From Hypanus sabinus (taxonomy: Eukaryota), in NCBI RefSeq assembly GCF_030144855.1, contig NC_082712.1, positions 137,281,322 through 137,332,000 on the forward strand: a stretch of DNA of 50,679 nucleotides, in the 5' to 3' direction. Position numbers and translations under genes: made by a program. Below the pieces are notes generated by a model. That model was not told the DNA's origin and did not search any database. It worked only from the letters and a program-made list of their open reading frames with translations. How positions within the stretch are numbered: the stretch's first letter is position 1; every line of letters starts with the position of its first letter. Of this stretch, positions 1 to 10,981 are shown in pieces.

Positions 1-61
1 GAGGGGGGGGGAGAGAGAGGGGGGGGGAGAGAGAGGGGGGGGAGAGAGAGAGAGGGGGGGG
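1..61. repeat. G/GA-rich low-complexity microsatellite abutting an assembly gap
   Basis: Only G and A, with runs of G and (GA)n. Confidence 0.95.
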
Positions 62-261
62 NNNNNNNNNNNNNNNNNNNNNNNNNNNNNNNNNNNNNNN
101 NNNNNNNNNNNNNNNNNNNNNNNNNNNNNNNNNNNNNNNNNNNNNNNNNNNNNNNNNNNNNNNNNNNNNNNNNNNNNNNNNNNNNNNNNNNNNNNNNNNN
201 NNNNNNNNNNNNNNNNNNNNNNNNNNNNNNNNNNNNNNNNNNNNNNNNNNNNNNNNNNNNN
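62..261. other. Assembly gap (200 N)
   Basis: Run of N from 62 to 261. Confidence 0.99.
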
Positions 262-264
262 TAG

Positions 265-1510
265 TCCAGTTAGAAATTTGATTGATTAGCTCTGCAAGAA
301 TAATCTGGTTGAATTGTTTGCAAGGACAATAATAATTATTATTAATAATAATAGTAAGTACTTTACTGATCCCAAGTGGGAAATTTTTTTGTTACAGCTG
401 CAGCATCTAAAAACACACTTAGCAATAATAATAAATATAATAATATTGACTAATATTAAAGTATAGAATAATATGCACAATAAAGATGTACCAATATGTG
501 CAATAATAATGTACAAAATAATAAAGCAGAGACTATTATAGAATGATGTGTGCTCTCCTGTAGCACAGAGATGAACCGTTGTATGTGCTTATTGCATTTG
601 GTAGGAACTATTTTCTGTAACAATCCTTGTGACAGCAGAGCTGAATGAGACTGTTCGAAAGGGTGCTTCACTGCATATTCAGTAGGTCATGGAAAGGATG
701 TGCCTGGTAGTCCATAATGGATAACAGGTTATTTAGTGACTTTCTTGCCCTCACTAACTCAAAAGATTCCAGGTTGTAGCCAAGGAGGTATCCAGCCTTT
801 GTGATGTGTTTATTTAATCTTTTTGCTTCACTAGCACTGATGCTGCTTTGCCAGTATAAAGCAGCAAGTAGACTAAACTTGCTACAACAGACTAGTAAAA
901 GATCCCCAGCATCCTGCTGCACACATTGGAGGATCTTAGCTTTCTTAGAAGATAGAGTCTGCTCATCCCCTTCTTGTAAACAGCCCTTGTATTGGTTTTC
1001 TAGCCAAGTCTGTTGTCAAGGTAAACACCCAAGTATTTGTACTCCTCCACCATCACAACTTCTTCTCCCAGAATGTATACAGGACTTGTCACAGTCCTCT
1101 TCCTCATAAAATCAAACACCAACTACCTGATTTTGGCCACATTCGGGAGCAGGTGATTCCTCTCGCACCACTCCACAAACTTGTCTACCAGTCCTCAATA
1201 CTCCCACTTCTGCCCAGCTCTGTTACACCCAACCACCGTGGAGTCATTAAAGAACCTCTGCAAGTGACAAGACTCAGATTGGGTCTGAAAGTCTGAGGTG
1301 TACAGCGTGAACAGAAATGGAGACAGGACAGTCCCTTGTGGTGCTTCAGTACCACTCATCACCATCTGAGACTGCGAACTACCCAGTTGTACAACAGGGG
1401 TCTGTCTGTCAGGTAGTCAATAATCCAGGAGATAGTGGATTTGTCTATGCCCATTCTTCTCACTCAAAAGTAGTGGCTGGAATGTATAGAAATGCTGCAT
1501 GAAATTATAA
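265..1510 (-). mobile_element. Rex1/Babar-like non-LTR retrotransposon, decayed RT plus 3' end
   Basis: Minus strand near 1290-1350 reads EAPQGTVLSPFLFTLYTSD (RT motif). Broken C-terminal frames follow, then an AT-rich 3' UTR toward 265. Confidence 0.8.
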
Positions 1511-1719
1511 TTACCTCGATTAACTTCATCAATCCAAAGATTCCTCCTTGCCTTTATCCAACAATAGAAATCGTAAAATGCTCGGGAAGATATATACAAC
1601 GATTCAAAGTTTTAAGTGATGTGCACTCAATAACAAATCGAATATGATGACAAACTAATCTCTCTGTGTCAATTATAAAGAGCTGTGGGCAAGAGGAGTT
1701 GAGAAATTCATTACAAAGG

Positions 1720-1980
1720 CATCTGTGATCCTGGCTATTTGAGGCACAAAATACAGAAATAAAATGATGGCATTTTGTAACACACAGTTAGGGCTGCAGA
1801 TAGAATATATTGCCCAATTCTGGTTGCCATACAAAAGGAAACATACAATGTCTTTACGGAGGGTACAGTAAAGATTTACTAAGATTTTTCAAGGCTGAGG
1901 GACTTTAGTTATAGAGAAGCTCATGTAGTTTTTCTTTGAAATGAGGAAGATGCAAGGGAATCTGATAGAAGTAGTTTCAA
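1720..1980 (+). mobile_element. Old CR1 LINE 3' remnant
   Basis: Degenerate similarity to the RT C-terminal region of the CR1 copies in this window (gcccaattctggttgccatacaaaagga, gggaatctgatagaagt). Confidence 0.45.
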
Positions 1981-2279
1981 TTGCCTTCTTCAAGAGATCT
2001 TTGGATAAGTTTCTCAAAATAATTTGTTGATAAGACCATGAGAAGAGGAGAAATGGACTCAACAGCCTGAATGCCCATGAGCAAAAATATCAGATGACAA
2101 CCCTGTGCATGTCATAAGGTATATCAGTGGTTCATGCAGTTACGTGTGTATCAGTAGTTTGCTATAACTTAGAAAGGCAACAGGGGGACAGGCTTTAGAT
2201 GTGGCCACTGGGCTTTATGACAGTTCGCACCCAACAGAAGCAGAATGGCAACATGAACTTGAATGCAGACACCAAACCA

Positions 2280-4500
2280 AACAAGGTTCTAGACCAATAG
2301 ATCTTAAAACAGAAACATCAAGCGATGATGACTGAACCTGAATGAGTGGAGTTCCAAAATTAAAGCCTACAGATCTTTTCAGTTGAGGAAGTTTAGAATG
2401 GTTTTGCTGACACTAATTGTTTCCACACATGATGCCCAGGGTTGGGAGTAAAGCTGCAAGCTCTAAGCCTGCAGAAAAGCTGAACTGTGTTAGATCCTCC
2501 CTCTCCAGTCACTGAATGATGTAGCCTTGATCTGCAGGAGCATTTCATGGATTTGGAACTTGCAGATCACATTACCTGAAGCACAATTAATTCTCAATCT
2601 GTCTTGATCCAAAGATTAGAATTTGCAAAAAAGAAATATCTGCACCTTTTGTGTAGTTTCATTCTGTTTGTATCTTTAATTACTTGCCTTTTAATCAGGT
2701 TTCAAATCGTGATCTACAGTAGTATCAACTGACATGGACACTGACTTACAAGTGGGAAATTAAAATATTTCAACATTACCTGTTGTGATGGCAAAACAAA
2801 GACACAGATATAACTTTCACTAGATGTTAACCATGTGTAAGATGTCAATAAAATCTAATTAGGGTTTCAACAAATTGCAGTGTGATTCAACAAATGTATT
2901 ACCTTGGCATTGTTGTGCACTTTGCTAATTTTGCCTCTTTGACCATTTCATCTTTTTCACTATTTGCTCCAGCTTTATTTGATTCTGGTCCTGTACTGAC
3001 AAAATGTAAGATCCCTCAGATATAAAATACTCAACAACATAGTTTAAGAAAAGACACGGTAACGCATTCTGAAATGCTGATTTGGTAGTTTCACTTCCAC
3101 AATTTTGACAACTCTGAAGTGAAAATTAACTTGACTAATTAACTCATCTCAGTGCTGCAGAAATTACCCATAGCTCAAATCAAATTAGACAGGGCACTCA
3201 GCACATTAAATTTTCTTCTAAATCAGATTCATGGAAGCCAAATATTAGTTACTCTACAAAATTATCATCCTAAGGCTGCTCAGGCTGGGCAAAATATGTT
3301 TCTGTCAACCTGGGCAATGCTAAATCGGAAAAATTATGTAATTGTTGTGTATCTTTACCTGTAGCAAGGAACAAGAGAAATTTATACAGCCACATCATGC
3401 AGCAGGAACTGAACTTGAAAATGTAGCATTCCAAAACAAGAAGTCCGTGGGTGTTTGAATTTGAAGCAATAGGGCATGATTTTGTCAGGTATTGGTGGTG
3501 ACACTAACTTCCCTCCATGAAGTTCAGGGCTGTGAGTAAAGATGCAACCTCAATGATTGTAGGAATGTTAAACTTTTGTTCCATTAGCCCATGCAGATCA
3601 TTGAATAATGCAGGCTTTTCTGTAGGAGTTTTTTGTGGATGTAGAGATTGCAGGTCAAATTGCAAAATCTGCATTTAATTCTCAGTCTGCTTGAAAAATG
3701 AAGGAAACTAGAAAATAGAAGCTGCAGCTTTTTTTCAGCATTTTGATTACTTTCGTGTTTTCAAATACTTGCCTGTTACTTAGATTAACATTTCTGATCG
3801 ACAATGGTCACAACTAACATGGGTCTACAATAGCTGCAGAAAATATTGAAAATTCTAACCTGCCCCTGGTTGTGGTGGTTATCGAAAGATGCTGGTATCA
3901 TCCACCTAAATTACCAAAGTGTTAATAACATACAACCTGCAGATCCTGAATAACAATAAGATTTCATGAGGGTCTCAACAAATCTCAGGGTAACCTAAGA
4001 AACGTATTGCCTTCACTTTCCCCTGCACTTTCATTGTTCTGCTTCTCTTTGTCATTTTCATCTTTTTCAACATGTGCCATGGCTTCATTTGCTTTCAGCC
4101 CGTATTATTAAAAGAAAGATTTAATGGATATAATATCGACAAAACACTTCAAGAATAGATATGATAATGCATTTCTGAAAAGCTGGTTCAGCAGTTTCAC
4201 GTTTTGCAGGTCGCCTCCACCATTTTGAAACACAAAAGGGAGACCATAACATGACTAAGCAAGTCCAGCTCAGTGCTGCAGAAGATCTCTACAACTCATG
4301 TTCAGTTAAGATATGACACTCCACACCTTAAAATTCCTTCTGAGTCAGAATGACTGCAAGCCAAATATTTGCTACTCTTAAAAATTATCACCCCTTGGCT
4401 CCTCACACTGCTCAAGCTTTTTCTCTGTGAACGTGGGCAATGCCGAATTGGAAAGCAATGTAATTGTTTTATATCTGCAATTGGAGCAAAGATCAATAGT
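2280..4500. repeat. Old head-to-tail tandem duplication, ~1.1-kb unit (about 2280-3370 and 3370-4500)
   Basis: Collinear shared anchors at offset ~1080-1125: actgaac(c/t)tgaa 2330/3409, gacactaa 2409/3500, tacttgcc 2681/3766, ttcatctttttca 2947/4057, ctcagtgctgcagaa 3148/4269, gggcaatgc 3312/4435. Confidence 0.8.
2903..2990 (-). other. Candidate (possibly relic) 88-nt exon, phase 1 to 2, encoding GPESNKAGANSEKDEMVKEAKLAKCTTMP
   Basis: gtacag|GA acceptor and AAG|gtaata donor. Only the phase-1 frame is open, and the paralogous segment 4009-4100 is open in the same frame. Confidence 0.3.
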
Positions 4501-4669
4501 CCTTCCTACATCAGATTATGTGTTAATAGTTGACCTTGGAAGTGTGCAGTTCCCAAATGGAAATGCAGAATAAAGTGCAATAGCTAAAGAGAAATGCAGT
4601 TAAGTTTGATAAGAATGTGCAGGACCATAATGAGGTAAAGTGTATGGGTCAACAGTCCATTTTGTTTTT

Positions 4670-5205
4670 CTATCAAACCGTTTATGTTTTTTAACAGCAG
4701 GCTAGAAGTTGTCCTTGAACCTGCTGCTGCATGTTTTTAGGTTTTTGTATCTTTTGCCAGATGGGAGAGGCAGAAGAGAGATTGTCCAGGATGGATAGGA
4801 TTATGCTGGTTGCTTTACTGAGGCAGTGAGAAGTATAGATTGAGTCCAAGAGCAGACAGATTTGCATGATGAATTAAGCTACGTCGACACCTCGTTACAG
4901 TTTTTCATGTTCATAGGTAGAGGAGATGCCTTGTGATGCATCTAGATAGGGTGCCTTCTATTGAACATTGATAACAATTAGTCAGCAGGGACAAGCCGAT
5001 TTTCTTTAGTCTCCAAAGGACGTAAAGGCCTTTGTGAGCTTCCTTGGCCATGGCATCTACATGGTTGGACCAGGACATGCTCTCAACATCAGCACCATTG
5101 AAGTAAACAGGAGCATGTGCACCACCCCCACCCCCCCACACTGAAGTCAATGACCAGCTCTTTTGTTTTACTGACTTTGATGAGACGGCTATTGTCAGAA
5201 CACTA
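4670..5205 (-). mobile_element. Rex1/Babar-like LINE 3' fragment
   Basis: ORF 4911-5150: AKEAHKGLYVLWRLKKIG...YQCSIEGTLSRCIT, matching the other Rex1 C-termini in the window. Confidence 0.75.
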
Positions 5206-5221
5206 TGTTTTAAAGCATGCT

Positions 5222-5735
5222 AATAAGACCATACAACATAGGAGCAGAATTAGGCCATTCAGCCCACTGAGTCTTCTCTGCTATTCCATCGTGGCTGACT
5301 TTTTACCTCTGTCAACTCCATTGTCCTGCCTTCTCCCATAACCTTTGACACCCTGATTAATCAAGAGCCTATCAATGTCTGCCTTAAATATATCCAACGA
5401 CTTGGCCTGCACAGCCATCTGTGGTAATGAGTTCCAAAGATTCACTAACTTCTGGCTAAAGAAATGTTTCCTCAGCTTTGTTCTAACTGGGTATCCCACA
5501 GTTCTGATACAGTACCCTTTGGTCCTAGACTCCACCAGTATAAGAAACATCCTCTCCACATTAACTTTATCCAGACCTTTCAATATTCGATAGGTTTAAA
5601 TGAGATCTTTCCTCATTCCTCTAAGTTCCAAAGAGTACAGCCGAGAGCTATCAAATGCTCCATATATGTTAACCCTTTCGTTTCTGGGATTATTCTCATG
5701 AACCTCCTTCTGGACCCTCTCAAATGCCAGTGTGA
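5222..5735 (-). mobile_element. CR1 LINE 3' fragment
   Basis: ORF 5281-5583: KGLDKVNVERMF...[17 protein letters not shown], the CR1 ORF2 C-terminus, followed by a CR1-type 3' UTR. Confidence 0.85.
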
Positions 5736-5744
5736 CAATGTTTA

Positions 5745-6453
5745 AATCTGAATTGAATTTGAAATGAATTGAATTGACGTTATTTCTTACACATTTCACA
5801 TACATGAGGAGTAAAAATCTTAATGTTACATCTCTGTCTGATTGAGCAATTTATAGTAATTGTATGTACAACAGGACAGTCAATATAACATAAAAATACA
5901 ATTGTATCAGCGCAATTTAATCAGTCTGATGGCCTGGTAGAAGAAGATGTCCCAGAGCCTGTTGGTCCTGGCTTTAATGCTGCAGTACCATTTCCCAGAT
6001 TATAGCAGCTGGAACAGTTTGTGGTCTGGGTGACTCGGGTCCCCTATGATCCTTTGGGCCCTTTTTGTCTCTGTAAATGTCCTCAATAGTGGCAAGTTCA
6101 CATCTACAGATGAGCTGGGCTGTCCACACCACTCACGGCAGAGTCCTGCAGTTGAGGGGAGAATAGATCCCATACCAGGCAGTGATGCAGCCAGTCAGGA
6201 TGCTCTCAATTGTGCCCCTGTAGAAAGTTTTAAGGATCTGGGGACTCATGCCAAACTTCTTCAACCATGTGAGGTGAAAGAGGCGCTGTTGTGCTTTTTT
6301 CACCACACACCCGGTATGCACAGACCACATGAAATCCTTGGTGATGTGTATGCCAAGGAACTTGAAGCTGCTCACCCTCTCAACCCCAGATCCATTGATG
6401 TCAATAGGGGTTAGCCTATCTCCATTCCTCCTGTAGTCCACAACCAAGTCCTT
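5745..6453 (-). mobile_element. Rex1/Babar-like LINE, 3' part (split by CR1 insertion)
   Basis: ORF 6133-6447: VVKKAQQRLFHLTWLKKFGMSPQILKTFYRGTIESILTGCITAWYG. A (ttcaa)n-like tail lies near 5745-5775. Confidence 0.85.
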
Positions 6454-8921
6454 CCTTCATATTGACTGGCACTTCCTGAGTGCAGGGGGGATAGATGGGG
6501 CTGAATTTGTCAGGTGTGTTCAAGAAGGATTCCTGACACAGTACATGGACTGGCAGACGAGAGGAGAGGCTATACTGGATCTAGTTCTGGCTAATGAACC
6601 TGGTCAGGTGACAGACCAGGTGGGGGAGCAGTTTGGTGTGAGTGACCACAACTCCCTTAGCTTCAGCATAGATATGGAAAGGGATAAAATCAGATGAAAT
6701 GGTAAAATGCTTAACTGGGGAAGGGGTAACTTTGAAGGGATGAGGCAGGAACTAGCGAGAGTAATTTAGAAACAGATGTTCAAAGGGGAAAGCACAGAAG
6801 TAATGTGGGAGAAGATTAGGGACCACTTGAGCTGGGTTCCGGATAGGTTCGTCCCACTGAGACAAGGAAAAACTGGTAGGAAAATGGAACCATGGCTGAC
6901 GAAACATGTGAGGCAACTCGTTAAGAGGAAAAAGGAAGCATATGTTAGATATAAGAAGCAGGAAGTAGGAGGGGCTTATGAGAAATATAGGGTATCCAGG
7001 AAGGAGCTAAAGAAAGGACTTAGGAGAGCTCGAAGGGGACATCAGAACGCCTTGACATGTAGGATTAAGGAGAACCCCAAGGTGTTCTATGCTTATGTGA
7101 AGAATAGGAGGATGACGAGAACGAAAGTGGGACCGCTAAAGGATAAAGAGAGCAACATGTGCCTGGAAGCGGAGGAGGTTGGGGAGGTCCTAAATGAATA
7201 CTTTGCTTCAGTATTCACAAGTAAAAAGGATCTTGATCAGGATGAGGTCAAAGTAGAGCGGGCCTGTGTGCTGGACAATGTGGAGATTAAGGAAGAAGTG
7301 CTGGATCTTCTTAAAAACATTAAGATTGATAAATCCCCAGGGCCGGATATGATACACCCCAGGTTCTTGTGGGAATTGAGAGAAGAGATCACAGGAGCAT
7401 TAGCTATGATCTTTGAATCCTCTTTGGCTGCAGGGGAAGTGCCGGATGACTGGAGAGTGGCAAATGTAGTTCCTTAGTTTAAAAAAGGTAATAGGGAGAA
7501 ACCTGGGAACTATAGACTGGTGGGTCTTATGTCGGTGGTATGCAAACTACTGGAAAGGATTCTTAAGGATAGGATCTACGAGCATTTGGAGAAGTACAGT
7601 CTACTCATGGATAGTCAACATGGCTTTGTGAAGGGAAGATCATGCTTCATGAGCCTGATTGAGTTTTTTGAAGAGGTAACAAAAGAAATTGATGAGGGTA
7701 GGGCAATGGATATAGTCTACATGGACTTTAGCAAAGCCTTTGACAAGGTCCCTCATGAGAGACTCATCCAGAAAGTCATGAGGCATGGGATAAGTGGAAC
7801 CTTGGATGTTTGGATAAAAAATTGGCTTAAAGGAAGAAAGCAGAAGGTAGTTGTAGAAGGAAAGTATTCTGCCTGGAGGTCGGTGACTAGTGGAGTACCG
7901 CAGGGATCTGTCCTGGGACCCCTGCTATTTGTGATTTTTATAAATGACCTGGAGGTAGAGGCGGAAGGATGGGTGAGTAGGTTTGCGGATGACATGAAGA
8001 TTGGAGGAGTTGTGGATGGAGCTGTAGGTGGTCGAAGGTTACAAGAGGATATAGACAGGATGCAGAGTTGGGCAGAAAAATGGCAGATGGAGTTCAATCC
8101 GGACAAGTGTGAGATGATGCATTTTGGAAGGACAAACCAGAAGACTGAGTACAGGATTAATGGTCAGTTACTTAAGAGTGTGGATGAACAAAGGGACCTC
8201 GGGGTTCAAATCCATACATCCTTCAAGGTCGTTGTGCAGATTGATAGGGTAGTTGAGATGGCCTATGGGTTGCTAGGCTTCATTAACAGGGGGATTGAGT
8301 TCAAGAGTAGAGAGGTCATGTTGCAACTCTACAAGTCTCTGGTGAGACTGCACTTAAAGAGTATTGTGTTCAATTCTGGTCACCTAATTATAGGAAGGAT
8401 GTGGAAGCTATGAAAAGGGTGCAGAGGAGATTTACCAGGATGTTGCCTGGTTTGGAGAACAAGGCATATGAAGGAAGGTTAGCAGAGCTGGGATTTTTCT
8501 CTTTGGAGCGTAGAAGAATGAGAGGGGACTTGATAGAGGTCTACAAGATTATGAGAGGCATAGATAGGGTGGATAGTCAGTACCTGTTTCCCGGGGCACC
8601 AATAGCAAACACCAGAGGACATAGGTACAAAATTAAGGGAGGGAAGTTTAGGGGAGACATCAGGGGTAAATTTTTTTGTTTGTTTTTTTTATATAAACAC
8701 AGAGGGTTTTGAGTGCCTGTAATGACTTTTCAGAGATGGTGGTGGAGGCTAAAACATTAGGGGTATTTAAGAGCCTCTTGGACAGGCACATGGATGAAAG
8801 AAAAATGGAGGGTTATGGGGTAGTGTGGGTTTAGTACTTTTTTTAAAGGATTATATGGGTCGGCACAACATGGAGGGCTGAAGGACCTGTATTGTGCTGT
8901 GGCGTTCTATGGTTCAATGGT
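6454..8921 (+). mobile_element. CR1 LINE, 5'-truncated ORF2 (EN tail + RT) with stops and frameshifts
   Basis: ORFs 6776-7477, 7520-8413 and 8401-8712 contain [37 protein letters not shown] and FADDMK. Candidate TSD tcctt at 6449-6453 and 8922-8926. Confidence 0.92.
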
Positions 8922-10045
8922 TCCTTTGTTTTTGCAGCATTGAGGGGGAGGTTCTTTTCTTGACACCACCATGGGTCAGGTTGATGACCTGCTTTGCAGG
9001 CTGCCTCAAAATTATCTAAAATATGGCCAATCGATGTAGTGTCGTCAACAAACTTAATTAGCAGATTGGAGCTGTGAGTGACGACACAGTCATAGGTGTA
9101 GAGAAAGTAAAGGAGGGGGCTGAGGACACAGCCCTGAGGGGCACCTGTGTTGAGGGTCAGAGAGGTGAAGGTGAGGGAACCCACTCTTACCACCTGCCGG
9201 CGATCTGACAGGAAGTCTAGGATCCAGCTGCACAAGGCAGGGTGAAGGCTGAGGTCTCTGAGCTTCTTGTCGAGCCTGAAGGGAACTATGCTGTTGAACT
9301 GTAGTCCAAGAACAGCATTCTCACATAAGCATCCTTCTTCCGCAGGTGTGTAAGGACGGTGTGAAGAGCTATGGCTTTCGTGTCATCTGTCAATCGGTTC
9401 TGTCGGTAGGCGAATCGTATGGCGTCCAGTTTGGGGGGTAGTAAGCTGCAGATGTAGTCCTTGACCGGCCTCTAAGCGTTTCCTTATTATTGAGGTGAGT
9501 GCGACAGGACGGAAGTCGTTCAGACATGTTACCTTGGTCTTTACAGTGACAATGATGGATGTTTTGAAGCAGGCGGGCACTCTACACTGGGAGCGGTGGA
9601 GATTAAAAATGTCTGTAAACACACCTGCCAGTTGTGCCGCGCGCATCTTGAGTACCCGCCCCGGGATGCCGTCCGGCCCCGCAGCCTTGTGACAGTCCAC
9701 TCGATGGAAACACCAACTTCAGCCTCAGAGATGACCAAGATGCAGGTCGCTTCGGCGGCTCTCCTCGGGGGCTCAGTGTTGACGATATCGGACCGAGCGT
9801 TAAAAAAAAATATTTAGCTCATCTGTGAGAGAGGCAGCGCCTTTGCGTTGAGCTTTGAAGGCTGCGATGGTGTGCAGACCTTACATGTCTTGTTGCAGAG
9901 TTGTGTCTGGATCTTGTCCCTGTATTATCGTTGATGACTCTGCGTAGATCGTAGCTGTGTTTCTTGAGCTTCTGTTGGTTACGAGCAATGTAAACTGTCT
10001 CGCACCATAAGTGCTGCCCGCACGGAACTGTTGATCTGTTCAATT
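8922..10045 (-). mobile_element. Rex1/Babar-like LINE, 5' part (same element as 5745-6453)
   Basis: ORF 9383-9700: [14 protein letters not shown]...FTDIFNL...[13 protein letters not shown] 8843-9235: [14 protein letters not shown]...KFVDDTT. The sequence continues across the CR1 insertion. Confidence 0.88.
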
Positions 10046-10330
10046 TAGTTATAAATAATTGTTCAAATATTTTTAAAAAGAGTTAAAGAATTTATTTAAT
10101 GGGAATATCATTTCATGTTGAGAAAAAAAATGGATATTACTTTAAAAACATGCAAATGTGTTTAGTTGAAAATTCTGAGAATCTGTGTGCAAGGTAATCT
10201 TTTATAATATTGAGCACTGAATCTGCCTGCAACTTGCAGGGACTTGTATTCAATCTTCAGCCCATGATTGATTGCTCATAGCTGCCTGAGTGCCTGGGGA
10301 GGGGCAGTAGATGCCAAACTCATTCACTAT

Positions 10331-10590
10331 AAAGCGGCATTTCTCAACCGTATTGCTCTGGAGGAATACTTTAAATAATTTTCAGGTCTCAGAGAACCCC
10401 TAAGTAAAAATTATATCTACAGTTCACAGTAAGATCAGTAAGATGTAGACGAAAATAATACACAAATAATTGTTAATGCTCTTTTGAGTAGAGAATGAAC
10501 TTTTAGCCAATCTTTCTTGAAAAAAAAAACAGGGAGTTAATCTTAGCTTACCGTTCTTGAAATTAATCCCTTTCATAAATTTTAAAAACT
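10331..10590. mobile_element. Probable terminal region of a hAT DNA transposon
   Basis: gcatttctcaacc resembles hAT/Charlie-type TIRs (CAGTGTTTCTCAAC). It lies on the 3' side of the hAT transposase fragment at 18166-18870. The partner TIR was not found. Confidence 0.3.
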
Positions 10591-10981
10591 CATTCTTTCT
10601 TTTTCAATCTTTTTATTAAATTTCATATATAAAGAAAAACATAACATAATATTAAATAGGTTATAAATGTACTAGGCTTGAAGTTAAATTAGTAATAAGG
10701 TAACAATATCTTATTAAAATATCAGCAAAAAAAATTGTACAATAACCAATCAAACCTATATTGATTATACATGAAAAAGAATAATCACCAAAAGAAAAAA
10801 AAGAAAAAAAATATAAAAATGCAAGAAAAAATGTATATTAAAAAAATAAACCTAAACTAACATGGGCAATAATAACAGTTTATGTGTACATGATAGTGTC
10901 AAGAACTCCGGAACTCCATACCAGAACAAGAATAAAAAGAGAAGAGGTCTGGAAGAGGCCAAATTAATTCATATGAAAGTG

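Noticed and set aside
2686-2713. Micro-exon with a GC donor (ctgtag|ATC...AAG|gcaagt)
   Set aside because: The upstream intron would be only 66 nt, and the frame stops after three codons.
7753-8106. 117-aa minus-strand ORF (and similar ORFs at 20967, 25627, 40330, 42320)
   Set aside because: Antisense shadows of conserved LINE RT coding sequence, not independent genes.
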